A stretch of DNA of 25,374 nt from a virus (lineage: Duplodnaviria; Caudoviricetes): the IMG/VR virus record IMGVR_UViG_3300047557_000097, positions 1 to 25,374 of that record; one strand, written 5' to 3'. Positions 16,701-24,633 of the stretch are shown here, piece after piece. The translations under genes and the position numbers were made by a program. Under the pieces are notes generated by a model. It ran no database searches. It was not told where the DNA came from and was given only the letters and a program-made list of their open reading frames with translations. Within the stretch, counting starts at the first letter, position 1. Each line of letters starts with the position of its first letter.

Positions 16701-19207
16701 GTTGCACCAAATAATTCATCAGCAGAAACTAATTCAGAAGTTTTAATAGTTTTACCATTTGGTAATGTATAACTAGTATCTATTTTCTGAACAGCCTGCA
16801 TTTCTTTACGTGTTTGTGGAGAAACATATTTAGCAGGGTTTCTATCAAAAACATCTAATATTCTAGATTTAATTAAACCTTGAGTTTTTTCAGAACCAGT
16901 CCAAGCAGCAATTGCTTTACTCATTGCTCTGCCCTTACCAGTAAAGTAAGAAACTATTTGTTTTGGCTGGGCTGTCATAGTATAAACTAAAGCGTTATCT
17001 GCAGCAGACTTCCAACCTAAATCAGGAATTAACAATAAAAATGCCCAGGCTTTGTTAGCAGCCCTAGAAATAGCATTGTTTGTTAATCCACCAGTACCTT
17101 TATAACGAAGAAGTTGATTTACATTTCCTTCATTTACGTTATAAACTTCTCTAAACAACTCATCAAAGTTAAGCATAGATATGCCTGGAGTTGTGTGAAG
17201 AATCTGGCTAGGTCCACCAAAACGATTAGCAAGCAAAGGAGAATCCATTTGCGCTGGAATCTTAAACTCTGGTATTGGACCAAAACCTTGTCCACCAAAT
17301 ATTCCGTCTAGTATTGCACGTTTACGGTCAATACCACTTGCTGTATTAGAAAAACCAATTTTATCTAGATACAAGTTGTATAGGCTGTGAAGCATATTTA
17401 AACGCTCATCTGGCTCTATAGCAAGATATCTTTCAGTTAAACTATTAGCAATAATTTTGTCGCCAACAAGTAAGCGAGCAAAGTTTCTAAAATCATTTAA
17501 AGAACGCTCTACATAACCATCTTTATAAAATATTTGTTTTTGTGCTGGTTGAATAGCAAAAGCATTTCCAACAGCCTTTTTAAAATTCTTTTCTGAACTT
17601 GTAAGAGTTCTAATAATATCATCTTTATTAGGGTCTATTTTTCTTGCTTCAAATCCAGAACCAGACTGTCTAATTTTTAATTGGTCAGCAAAATATTTTT
17701 CAAACTCTAACCAGTTATCATAAACTTTTTCTGGTATTGGTGCTTGACCTTCAAGAACTCTACGGTCAATACCATTAAATACTTGGTCATACATTGAACG
17801 TAGACCATCAGTAATACTTCTAGTACGGCGCTCTAGTGCAACATTGTTCTCACGATAGAACATACCACCATTAACTTTTGCGTTAATTAAGTAGTTTGCA
17901 TATTCTCCGCGTTGGAAGAATTTTTGCATTGTTGGTAAATCTGTTATGTAGACAAGATTTTCAGAATCATCTAGTACTTTAGTATTAGTAAATAAATTAA
18001 TAATACCGTCATCATTATAATCTGGAAAGTTATTAGCAATTCTATTTCTAATAACGCCAGCCTCAACATAATTTTTAGCACGGCGTGCTTCTCTTAGTTG
18101 GACAATATCTTCTGCAAGTCTTGCGTGATAAGAAGCAAATTCAGGTACTTGAAATAACTCATCTACTTTTTGAATTGTAGACTTAGAAGAATTAACAAAC
18201 TTTTCTGCTAACTTTCCGCTTTGTGTTAAAGCCAATGAGGTGCCGCCAGTTACATAAGTTAATGGGTCAAAGGCTATTGCTGCGCTAAAGTTAATAGAAC
18301 CTGAAGGGCTTGTATATTTTTCATCAGAAAAAATATTAGGATTACTTACTAACCATTTTTCACCATCTTTAGAAGCAACAACTTCATTAAAACCTGGAAC
18401 TGGAAATAGTCCTAATGTGGTTGGAATAATGTACGACCAAGCACCACCATCTTTTGGTGGGTGATTATTGTTAGCCCAGTTAGTATAGTCATTACCAATA
18501 TTTACTTGGTAAGCCTTGTGCTCTGCAAAAGCATTCTTCCAGTCTTTTGTAGCACCACTTAGTTGAGATATAGCATTTGCCATATCAGCATCTAGTTGAC
18601 CATACTCACGTAAAATTTCACTAGGTTTTTTGCCATCGGCAATACCTCTAGCAAGATAAGACATAGCCTTGCCATATTTTTCTTCTAGTTTTTTAGTGGC
18701 TACGCCGTCCCATTGATTGACACCATTCCAAGCATCAGACCAAGTTTTTTTAGTAAGTACCTTTTCAAAAAAATTCTTATCATCGCCAGTGTCAAAGGCA
18801 CTTCTAATTGCTCGGTATGGCGCAGCAGGTGGTGTTAAATTAACATATGTTTCTGCTTGTTCTATAATTCCTCTAAGTGGAGTTTTAACAAAATCTGCTA
18901 CTCCACCAATAAATTTTTGAAAAAGATTTTTATCTTTTAATTGATAGTCAGCATTAGGATTAAGGAATACTAATGCACCTTGTACTTCAGGGTCTAGTCC
19001 GTTAAATTTTTTTCTAGCCTTATCTAGGTCTGAAGTTCTAGCAAGTGATTTATCTAAGTCAAGAAGATTTTGTATATTGTTAATTACAAAACGTTCTTCA
19101 GGACTCCATTGTCCAGCAACGGCAGCGCCGTATATTTCTGGATTTCTGTTTGCTAAATTACTATTAACGCCTAAAGGTGTAGGTCCGACAGGATTTGTGA
19201 AAGACAT
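13757..19207 (-). CDS. Large putative internal virion / DNA-ejection protein (1816 aa)
   Basis: Very long, mostly helical-looking ORF in the head module; FNLRVAGRFYRAVEDYTRR-type segment; size comparable to podovirus ejection proteins; no polymerase or hydrolase motif recognised. Confidence 0.55.
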   Translation of the reverse strand: MSFTNPVGPTPLGVNSNLANRNPEIYGAAVAGQWSPEERFVINNIQNLLDLDKSLARTSDLDKARKKFNGLDPEVQGALVFLNPNADYQLKDKNLFQKFIGGVADFVKTPLRGIIEQAETYVNLTPPAAPYRAIRSAFDTGDDKNFFEKVLTKKTWSDAWNGVNQWDGVATKKLEEKYGKAMSYLARGIADGKKPSEILREYGQLDADMANAISQLSGATKDWKNAFAEHKAYQVNIGNDYTNWANNNHPPKDGGAWSYIIPTTLGLFPVPGFNEVVASKDGEKWLVSNPNIFSDEKYTSPSGSINFSAAIAFDPLTYVTGGTSLALTQSGKLAEKFVNSSKSTIQKVDELFQVPEFASYHARLAEDIVQLREARRAKNYVEAGVIRNRIANNFPDYNDDGIINLFTNTKVLDDSENLVYITDLPTMQKFFQRGEYANYLINAKVNGGMFYRENNVALERRTRSITDGLRSMYDQVFNGIDRRVLEGQAPIPEKVYDNWLEFEKYFADQLKIRQSGSGFEARKIDPNKDDIIRTLTSSEKNFKKAVGNAFAIQPAQKQIFYKDGYVERSLNDFRNFARLLVGDKIIANSLTERYLAIEPDERLNMLHSLYNLYLDKIGFSNTASGIDRKRAILDGIFGGQGFGPIPEFKIPAQMDSPLLANRFGGPSQILHTTPGISMLNFDELFREVYNVNEGNVNQLLRYKGTGGLTNNAISRAANKAWAFLLLIPDLGWKSAADNALVYTMTAQPKQIVSYFTGKGRAMSKAIAAWTGSEKTQGLIKSRILDVFDRNPAKYVSPQTRKEMQAVQKIDTSYTLPNGKTIKTSELVSADELFGATFEERLASTIMAKYGSKLDSESNGYMAELLMYNNQSVEAMIQSTVAANFANTLVDGTVAAEIYGKSTLSEALEAAGRKATGVYKNDVYNDLTNADKNLVHFSSFYKYFGKNIWKNVDFGSLFVRYGALKTADDVSAYVDDAMKRIGYEKSAEGKWTVPDKNVARVKEFNSEFGKTSSLKAVGLKDSEITESIIRYSAAEMYTVFHGSSDRFNEALYSAITGKIQSGLEKVAKSRAFRGKDAMRRTAVGEELVSLTPKEIARRQKYELERGLASGYVRNMSFQEFEELSKGFGLQGAVRTDIDFPLMVDPVSWYKKHGNIGWEMMDRQINDLFSVDAFNIKYIDQRKNMKTEEAAYEASLIKQGVPAENASIQASIYFTNMASRNAANDILKYVDNPEVKTQLAFNLRVAGRFYRAVEDYTRRLVRFSTRHPERVLYRLGHFSQAMDGSGMTYTDDNGTEYVLIPNDGLFWRTVAPAFAALMNPLGTAQAVLGQNWDFFKQPAWNQYTLKISMLNPGYAEGSGLPTLTGPTIAIPVLGARQLLNTVGTRFGSPLALEIGEELDNWLLGPQSDNTTWLRGLIPTNLLNAWNTLPLADKTGAMATAIYQAGAYMQINEKTRLKPEDYGDEKKLGQYYNRLRLQAHSVVAGKLGFNILSPVPLGSTEPGILPELREVGIVSFRQEFSDILRGVLSVNAEYGYNLQDPIGTAVSIFASENPDKLIYTVSKNSQQARTAINYTQETKKWAIDNVKLLKDYPTVGWVFAPHIGEYDPSVMYFLQAADLIDEKDNVFDNNNQVLKRYLTELAAVKDRQMYFDVDREVQRLLNDPENPDRNNYMYRKDLMEKGKNTKQVILAGNAALREVLLNSNWENRQSLLGRFNNLNSMSNDPEVMKLMEKQKNDVVLSNLQKMTALANRMLVVFEDTKIRGQFGSEEALEKVYRDGITNLENVAGANPTLGHAYSNIIRPLLDDVYSTPTVAIARP

Positions 19208-19599
19208 TACGCCTCATTTAATTTATTATAGATAGCCTCTAATGCTCCACTTGTATCATATTGCATCATTCGGTAAACAACATTTGCAGGGTTAACTTGG
19301 TCTAGTCCAGGCATAGCACCAATATTTGGTCCAGGTCCTTCACCCCAACTAGAACCATAAGAAATTGGTTGATTAGGTAATTGTGTTGGCTCAGTCAATG
19401 GAACAATTGCTGGTAATTTTGTTTCAGCCATTTCTGGTGTACCAGCCATAGGTGCTGCAGTTTGTTGAGTATAAGTTGCTTCACCTTCACCATAAGGAAG
19501 TCCAGAGATATATCTAGCAGGTTGGTTAGAAACATTTAGGTCGGTTCTTTCCGACATTGGACCTACCCCAGATACTTTTTCTCTAATTAACTCTGCCAT
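19207..19599 (-). CDS. Pro/Gly-rich hypothetical protein
   Basis: 130 aa; SD AGGAG; its stop overlaps the next ATG (TAATG). Confidence 0.6.
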   Translation of the reverse strand: MAELIREKVSGVGPMSERTDLNVSNQPARYISGLPYGEGEATYTQQTAAPMAGTPEMAETKLPAIVPLTEPTQLPNQPISYGSSWGEGPGPNIGAMPGLDQVNPANVVYRMMQYDTSGALEAIYNKLNEA

Positions 19600-19607
19600 T
19601 TTTTCTC

Positions 19608-20177
19608 CTACTTAGTAAATTGCGTTTTAACATTTGCAGTTCCACCACACCATACGTTGTATTGAATAGCAAGATTAATTGCTTTCTTTGCTGCACTGGC
19701 TGCTTTTGTGTGAGTTTTTAAACTATCTTCCATTGCTGCTACTGCACCTAATGCAATAGTTCCGCCACTACCAATTGCGTAAATACCTTTATCATCTCGC
19801 ATAAAACCGTAGTCATCGCTAATCTGATATATCTTTCCGTTAAAACAAAGTAGCGCATCCCATCCAGCATCATCATCTTTTTTGTTTGCTGGATTAGGGT
19901 CATACCCTTGCTCTGTAAGAATTTGTCTTATAGACGGAAGAACTCTTACTATCATAAATCTATCTGGGTCTTGCGTCTTAATTAATTTTGGTGGTTGCCA
20001 TAAATAATTAAGGATATCGCCAGCAGTTGCATCACCTGCAACGGCTAACATATATTCGCCAATTTTATTTATCTTGTCATATCCCTTAGCAACGTAAGGT
20101 CTATCTGTATATGTAGTTACAGAATCGGCTGCTAACACAGCCCATCCTTTTCCTTGTATGCCAACTATTGCTGTCAT
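19608..20177 (-). CDS. Ntn-hydrolase peptidase, HslV / proteasome-beta family
   Basis: Thr directly after the initiator Met (MTAIVGI), LAADS, Lys in YDKI, VAGD, YAIGSGG..ALG, CGG: the HslV/proteasome-beta signature set. Confidence 0.8.
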   Translation of the reverse strand: MTAIVGIQGKGWAVLAADSVTTYTDRPYVAKGYDKINKIGEYMLAVAGDATAGDILNYLWQPPKLIKTQDPDRFMIVRVLPSIRQILTEQGYDPNPANKKDDDAGWDALLCFNGKIYQISDDYGFMRDDKGIYAIGSGGTIALGAVAAMEDSLKTHTKAASAAKKAINLAIQYNVWCGGTANVKTQFTK

Positions 20178-20191
20178 TGTCCCCTCACAGA

Positions 20192-21943
20192 TTATCTACG
20201 TATTGCTGTCCTTGCGCTTGCTGTTCCTTCTCCACTAGCATTTAAACTAGCAAGTAAAGTCTGTAGTGAAGGAGCAGGGGAAGAAGGAGCGCCTCCTACT
20301 GAGGCACCAGCGGGAGCAGGGGACGGTTGCTCAACCATAGAAGGGGCTGCCTCAGCAGGAGGTAATTCTTCGGGAGTAAATACTTCTTCAACAGCATCTT
20401 CAATTGCTACGCCTTTCTGGCGTGCCTTAATTACATCAGCAACTTTCTTAATAACAGCAGATGGGTCAGCACCTTGCACTGCCATTTGTGGAATTGCTTG
20501 AGTATAGGCTTGTAGAGACTGAACCAAAGATTTACGCATTTGCTCAATCTCAATTTTTTCTTGCTCTTGAGTTACGTTAATACCAAATGGTAACTCACGC
20601 ATAGCAAGGTCTGTTGAAATTAATCCACCACCAAGGGCTTGTAACATAAAAATTAAACCTTGTGCTGGGTTTAAACCAGCCAACATACCATAGCGGACAT
20701 CAGCAGAATAATCTTTCTTGATGTCTTTGCTTGGTCTATATGTAATTTCATATGGACTACCAGCATCTACGCCACGGATAGTCTTTTCATAATCAAAGAA
20801 TTTTTCATCTACTTCAAAACAAACAGAAATAACATCTCTTAATGCAGAAGCAAAAATAGCCTGAGCAGATTTGACTTGTGTATCAAAACCACCCATAAGG
20901 GCTTGAACGCCTTGTCCCGTAATAATGCTTGCATCAATGTTTCCAGTACGTCCCTCTGGATAACGAGTTCCAGTTCTAAGTTCTTGTTGTAGCAACGCCT
21001 GTTCAGTAAATGCTCCAGGTGGAATATTTAAATCAACACGGCGTACGCCAGCAGGGTTAGCAGTACGGATAACTGCATCGCCACCCATTTCAAGTTCATT
21101 AACATCGGCAGGTAAAACAATTGGTGACTGAACGGACTTCTCTGCTGCTTCCATCGCAAGTAATGCGAACCTGTTGCGAAGCAACTGAATACCGAGTACA
21201 TCATCAAACTGTCCACGCATTTCGCCATCAATAGATGGACGGCGTGCTACTACAACCATCATTCTACCAATAGGATTTTTAGCCTGTGATAGAACTAAGT
21301 TATTGCGCTCTGGTACATACAGAAGTGATTGTTGGTCATCATAATAACGAACAACCTCTAACTGGTAATTCATATCTGACTTGTACATTTCTTTACCAAG
21401 CAAGATATGTGCATACTCAGGGAACTGTGATGCTAGTTCACCTGCTGCCATATAGTAGCGTTTTGCGAAGGCAATACAGCGTCCATAGCGGTCAAACTCT
21501 GGGTAAGCGCCCACTGGGTTTTCTATACGGATACGCGGTAGCCCTGCTTCTTCGTCTAATTCAATAATGAAAGGGACGAAACCAAAAGTGATGTATATGT
21601 CTGCACCTGTATACATCTGAACTTGTAAATCTGAATGAGCAAAATAATTTGTTGCAATGCGAGTACGTGTGTCAGCAAACTTACGAGCACGGTCATTAGC
21701 CTGATTTGCAGCAGAACAATTTACTGAAGGCAATGGTGCCATAACCTCAGATAGGTCACGGGCAACAATGTCAATAAAGTTTGCTACTACGTTAGCGTCT
21801 ACGCCTTCTGGAAAAAACTCTGGGTATACACTTGAAATCTGTCCTTTACGAACAGCAAGTACATCTTGTTGGCGTGAGTCACGCTCTGCAGCACGTTCAC
21901 GTAGATTTTCTACACGTGCTGAAATTTGTTCTATAGAGAGCAT
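20192..21943 (-). CDS. Portal protein
   Basis: 583 aa immediately after terL; VVANFID..ARD, IITGQGVQAL, and a Pro/Ala-rich C-terminal tail. Confidence 0.8.
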   Translation of the reverse strand: MLSIEQISARVENLRERAAERDSRQQDVLAVRKGQISSVYPEFFPEGVDANVVANFIDIVARDLSEVMAPLPSVNCSAANQANDRARKFADTRTRIATNYFAHSDLQVQMYTGADIYITFGFVPFIIELDEEAGLPRIRIENPVGAYPEFDRYGRCIAFAKRYYMAAGELASQFPEYAHILLGKEMYKSDMNYQLEVVRYYDDQQSLLYVPERNNLVLSQAKNPIGRMMVVVARRPSIDGEMRGQFDDVLGIQLLRNRFALLAMEAAEKSVQSPIVLPADVNELEMGGDAVIRTANPAGVRRVDLNIPPGAFTEQALLQQELRTGTRYPEGRTGNIDASIITGQGVQALMGGFDTQVKSAQAIFASALRDVISVCFEVDEKFFDYEKTIRGVDAGSPYEITYRPSKDIKKDYSADVRYGMLAGLNPAQGLIFMLQALGGGLISTDLAMRELPFGINVTQEQEKIEIEQMRKSLVQSLQAYTQAIPQMAVQGADPSAVIKKVADVIKARQKGVAIEDAVEEVFTPEELPPAEAAPSMVEQPSPAPAGASVGGAPSSPAPSLQTLLASLNASGEGTASARTAIRR

Positions 21944-21950
21944 TTACTTC

Positions 21951-23840
21951 CTATCCATAGGTCTGTTGCCATTGCTCTGCAATTGCATCGTCTAAGTTAA
22001 CTGAGTATCTTTTTGCTACCTGAGCCCTGGTTGCCCACCGATTGTGTGCGTACTTCTGGACATAGGAATTTTGTTGCATAAATTCACGACATCTTAAAAC
22101 ACCAAACCACAGTGCCATAACGCAGTCAGTCTTACCTCTGCCATTAGGACGCCAGGTTAATAATTGTTGAACCAAAGCCTTAAGTCCTTCAGAACCTTCA
22201 GTGCTTGGTAACTCAATTATATTATTCTTTTGGTGCTTACCATTTGCTGTACTTCCAAATAGCGGAGACATACCAGCAACACCAAAGTTTGTATCCCATT
22301 TATTTTTGCCCGTGAAGTGTGAGTTTAACCTTACACCGTAACCTGCAAGCCACTGTTGTAAATCTGAGTCCAGTGCATAGGCTTTTTGGTGAGCGTTGAT
22401 TTCAACTCTTAGTTCTTGGGGTTTATACCTTTGAACAAATTCTTCAATTGCTTGTCGGATTTTTTGTGGCGTAGGTTCTGCCATATCCATACAATCTAAA
22501 ACATAAATCTTTCCATCGTGTCGGTTATAAGTCATAGCAACAAACGCTGCACGACCAGCACCCATAGCAGGGTCAAATCCCACAACGGTATAACCTTCAA
22601 CTTGACTTGGATGTCCAGCAGAACCTGGTCTCAAAGGACCACGCTTTCTCATCCCATTTATAGAACCCTGAACAAGTTCAGCGGGAAAAATGGAATCTTC
22701 TGTTACATCCTCTTGCTGATAAACCAATGCCCAAGTAGAGGGTGTTACCTCGCCTCGGCGCCGTGCTAGTGTCGGTCCATCCCACTTTGCGTAGAGTCCT
22801 TCTTCGTCAGGTGTCTCATCATCGCCATCCCACGGAGCGTCCGACTTTGCCCAAAGCGTAACCCAGTCCTTCGGCTTTTCTGCATACTCCAGAACAGCAG
22901 GCATACCCATATAAGTAAAAGGCGACCTACCACCAGACCAATGTTTCGGGTCACGTAGTTCTTTATAAAAATCATTTGGTGCAATTCTTGTCCCTACTAC
23001 TAACAACTTACCGTTTTTACCCAAACGGGTAATTACTTCTTTTTGTAACCAGTTAATCTGCTTGTCGTACTCGTGAGCGTTAGCAGTGGTTATACAGTCG
23101 TCCAAAATTATTAGGTCGGCACGGGCACCGTAAATTTGACCGCCCATACCGAGAGCCTGAATAGTCGGGTCTTTCTCAGATGAATTACGTGCATCGCTTC
23201 CCAAATAAACGGTGTCAACACGCCAGGTATCGGAATCTTCCTTCCATCCTCCCTCGGGTCCAAAAGTTGTTTGCAACTTCAACCAACGCGGGTGGCTTAA
23301 CCTTTGTTTAATTGCGTACACGAATTCCCGTGCTTTGACTAGCGTCTTAGAAACTACGATGATTCTGACATTAGGATTTAACGCGATGCGATATGTAGAG
23401 TAGTTTACCGTTATTACGGTGGACTTAGCGTGCTCAGGTGGCACATTTATAAGAAGACGGTTTGGGTCGCCCTTCTCATAAATCATATTTTGGTGAAGCC
23501 AAGTTGGCTCGCGTCCCTCTAGTAAGTCAATCCAATCCTGATGATGTGGAAAAACTCTTTGGTCCAAAAACATTTGTGAGAATTGTGGAAAGTCAATTTC
23601 GTCCCTTGCTATCCCCAAAGCGGTTAGGCTTCGTTCTTTAGAATCCTCTTTGGCTTGGGCTAGGTCAGTAGCAAACTTAGGGTCCCGCATACACCAGATT
23701 CGGATGGTGTCGGGTTGCTTACCCACCTCAGCCATCGCTTTGTGTGGCGTCCAACCCTCGGAGACAAGGGCTATTACTTTAGCCTTTGCCGATGCCATAG
23801 CCTCGGTCCTAGGGTTTTTACTACCCTTCTGAAAAGTCAC
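21951..23840 (-). CDS. terL: Terminase large subunit with N-terminal HTH-like extension
   Basis: Walker A variant INVPPEHAKST, GARAD-LIILDD Walker B, VVGTR coupling motif, RNase H acidic residues VGFDPA and KTDCVMAL. Start probably GTG 23840 (GGGA upstream) or the downstream ATG of MASAK. Confidence 0.92.
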   Translation of the reverse strand: MTFQKGSKNPRTEAMASAKAKVIALVSEGWTPHKAMAEVGKQPDTIRIWCMRDPKFATDLAQAKEDSKERSLTALGIARDEIDFPQFSQMFLDQRVFPHHQDWIDLLEGREPTWLHQNMIYEKGDPNRLLINVPPEHAKSTVITVNYSTYRIALNPNVRIIVVSKTLVKAREFVYAIKQRLSHPRWLKLQTTFGPEGGWKEDSDTWRVDTVYLGSDARNSSEKDPTIQALGMGGQIYGARADLIILDDCITTANAHEYDKQINWLQKEVITRLGKNGKLLVVGTRIAPNDFYKELRDPKHWSGGRSPFTYMGMPAVLEYAEKPKDWVTLWAKSDAPWDGDDETPDEEGLYAKWDGPTLARRRGEVTPSTWALVYQQEDVTEDSIFPAELVQGSINGMRKRGPLRPGSAGHPSQVEGYTVVGFDPAMGAGRAAFVAMTYNRHDGKIYVLDCMDMAEPTPQKIRQAIEEFVQRYKPQELRVEINAHQKAYALDSDLQQWLAGYGVRLNSHFTGKNKWDTNFGVAGMSPLFGSTANGKHQKNNIIELPSTEGSEGLKALVQQLLTWRPNGRGKTDCVMALWFGVLRCREFMQQNSYVQKYAHNRWATRAQVAKRYSVNLDDAIAEQWQQTYG

Positions 23841-24633
23841 AGAACTGTCCCATCTTAAAACTATATAGACAGTTAGTAACAGATAGTAGATACAGTCTGT
23901 ACGCAAAGTCCGAAAGACTTTGCTACTGTCTGTGGGCACTTTGTGCCCCTATATAGTATTAATCCGTTCAAACAGCCAAACCGAACGGTTTGTTACCAAA
24001 TTGTTATACAAATCACAGAATACAATATGACAAAATAGGACATATCAGTACAGAACAGGGGGCATAGGCTTTGTACTAGAAAATAGTTTTGGTAGTTACC
24101 TACAATACAGACCAGACAAATTAAACAGTCTGGGGTCTAAAGACCCCGCCTGCCTAATTTGATGTCACTGTCTGTCCTGTTACAGCAGGCGCTGGACAGG
24201 AGACAGTCTCCCTCGCCCATAATAATACAGATACTGGGGCTCGGCTTATTAAATACAAAAACTAAAAGCCAAAGCATCAGTGGCTGGCGGTCACTAATGC
24301 TGGACGCACCGCTTCACGCTAGCCTTTGCTAGGCTATCGTGTTCGCTTTATGCGTCGCACCGCAAGCGCCCGATGCGTTCCACGCATCTCGTATGTCAGC
24401 GTTACACGCAGCCATACTCTGGCGCCCTGCTCTCGCCACGTCGTCGGCGCGTCTACGCCGCGCTTCGCCGCCGTCTGGCTCGTGCTCCTACATCGCTTCC
24501 ATTGTATCGCTTCCTGTCAAATCGCTTAACGCGATTGTCGCCCTAGACGTCTGCCTATTCGGCAGACAGGGCAAGAGTGACAGGGCGATACTGCTGTCCG
24601 CGTTCTACCAAGTTGGTAGACAGAAAGGAAAGT
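23841..24633. promoter_or_regulatory. Divergent non-coding control region (promoters; possible packaging site, genome end or origin)
   Basis: Strand switch between terL (-) and the next genes (+); AT-rich core, many inverted repeats, iterated ACAG. Confidence 0.6.

Noticed and set aside
13757-19207. Virion RNA polymerase or tape-measure protein
   Set aside because: No DFDGD-type or T7/N4-type polymerase motifs and no periodic tape-measure repeats recognised; a remote homologue cannot be excluded without a structure search.
23879-23933. Hammerhead ribozyme (three-way junction containing CGAAA)
   Set aside because: No CUGANGA core on either strand, and GAAA lies in a terminal loop rather than the junction.
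23841-23939. N-terminal extension of terL given in the ORF track (start 23939)
   Set aside because: No SD, start lies inside a hairpin, and the translation is not protein-like; GTG 23840 has an SD-like GGGA.
23946-23961. T7-like promoter (TAATACTATATAGGGG on the minus strand)
   Set aside because: Lacks the GACTCAC specificity element and spacing, only one copy was seen, and no single-subunit RNA polymerase is in the window.
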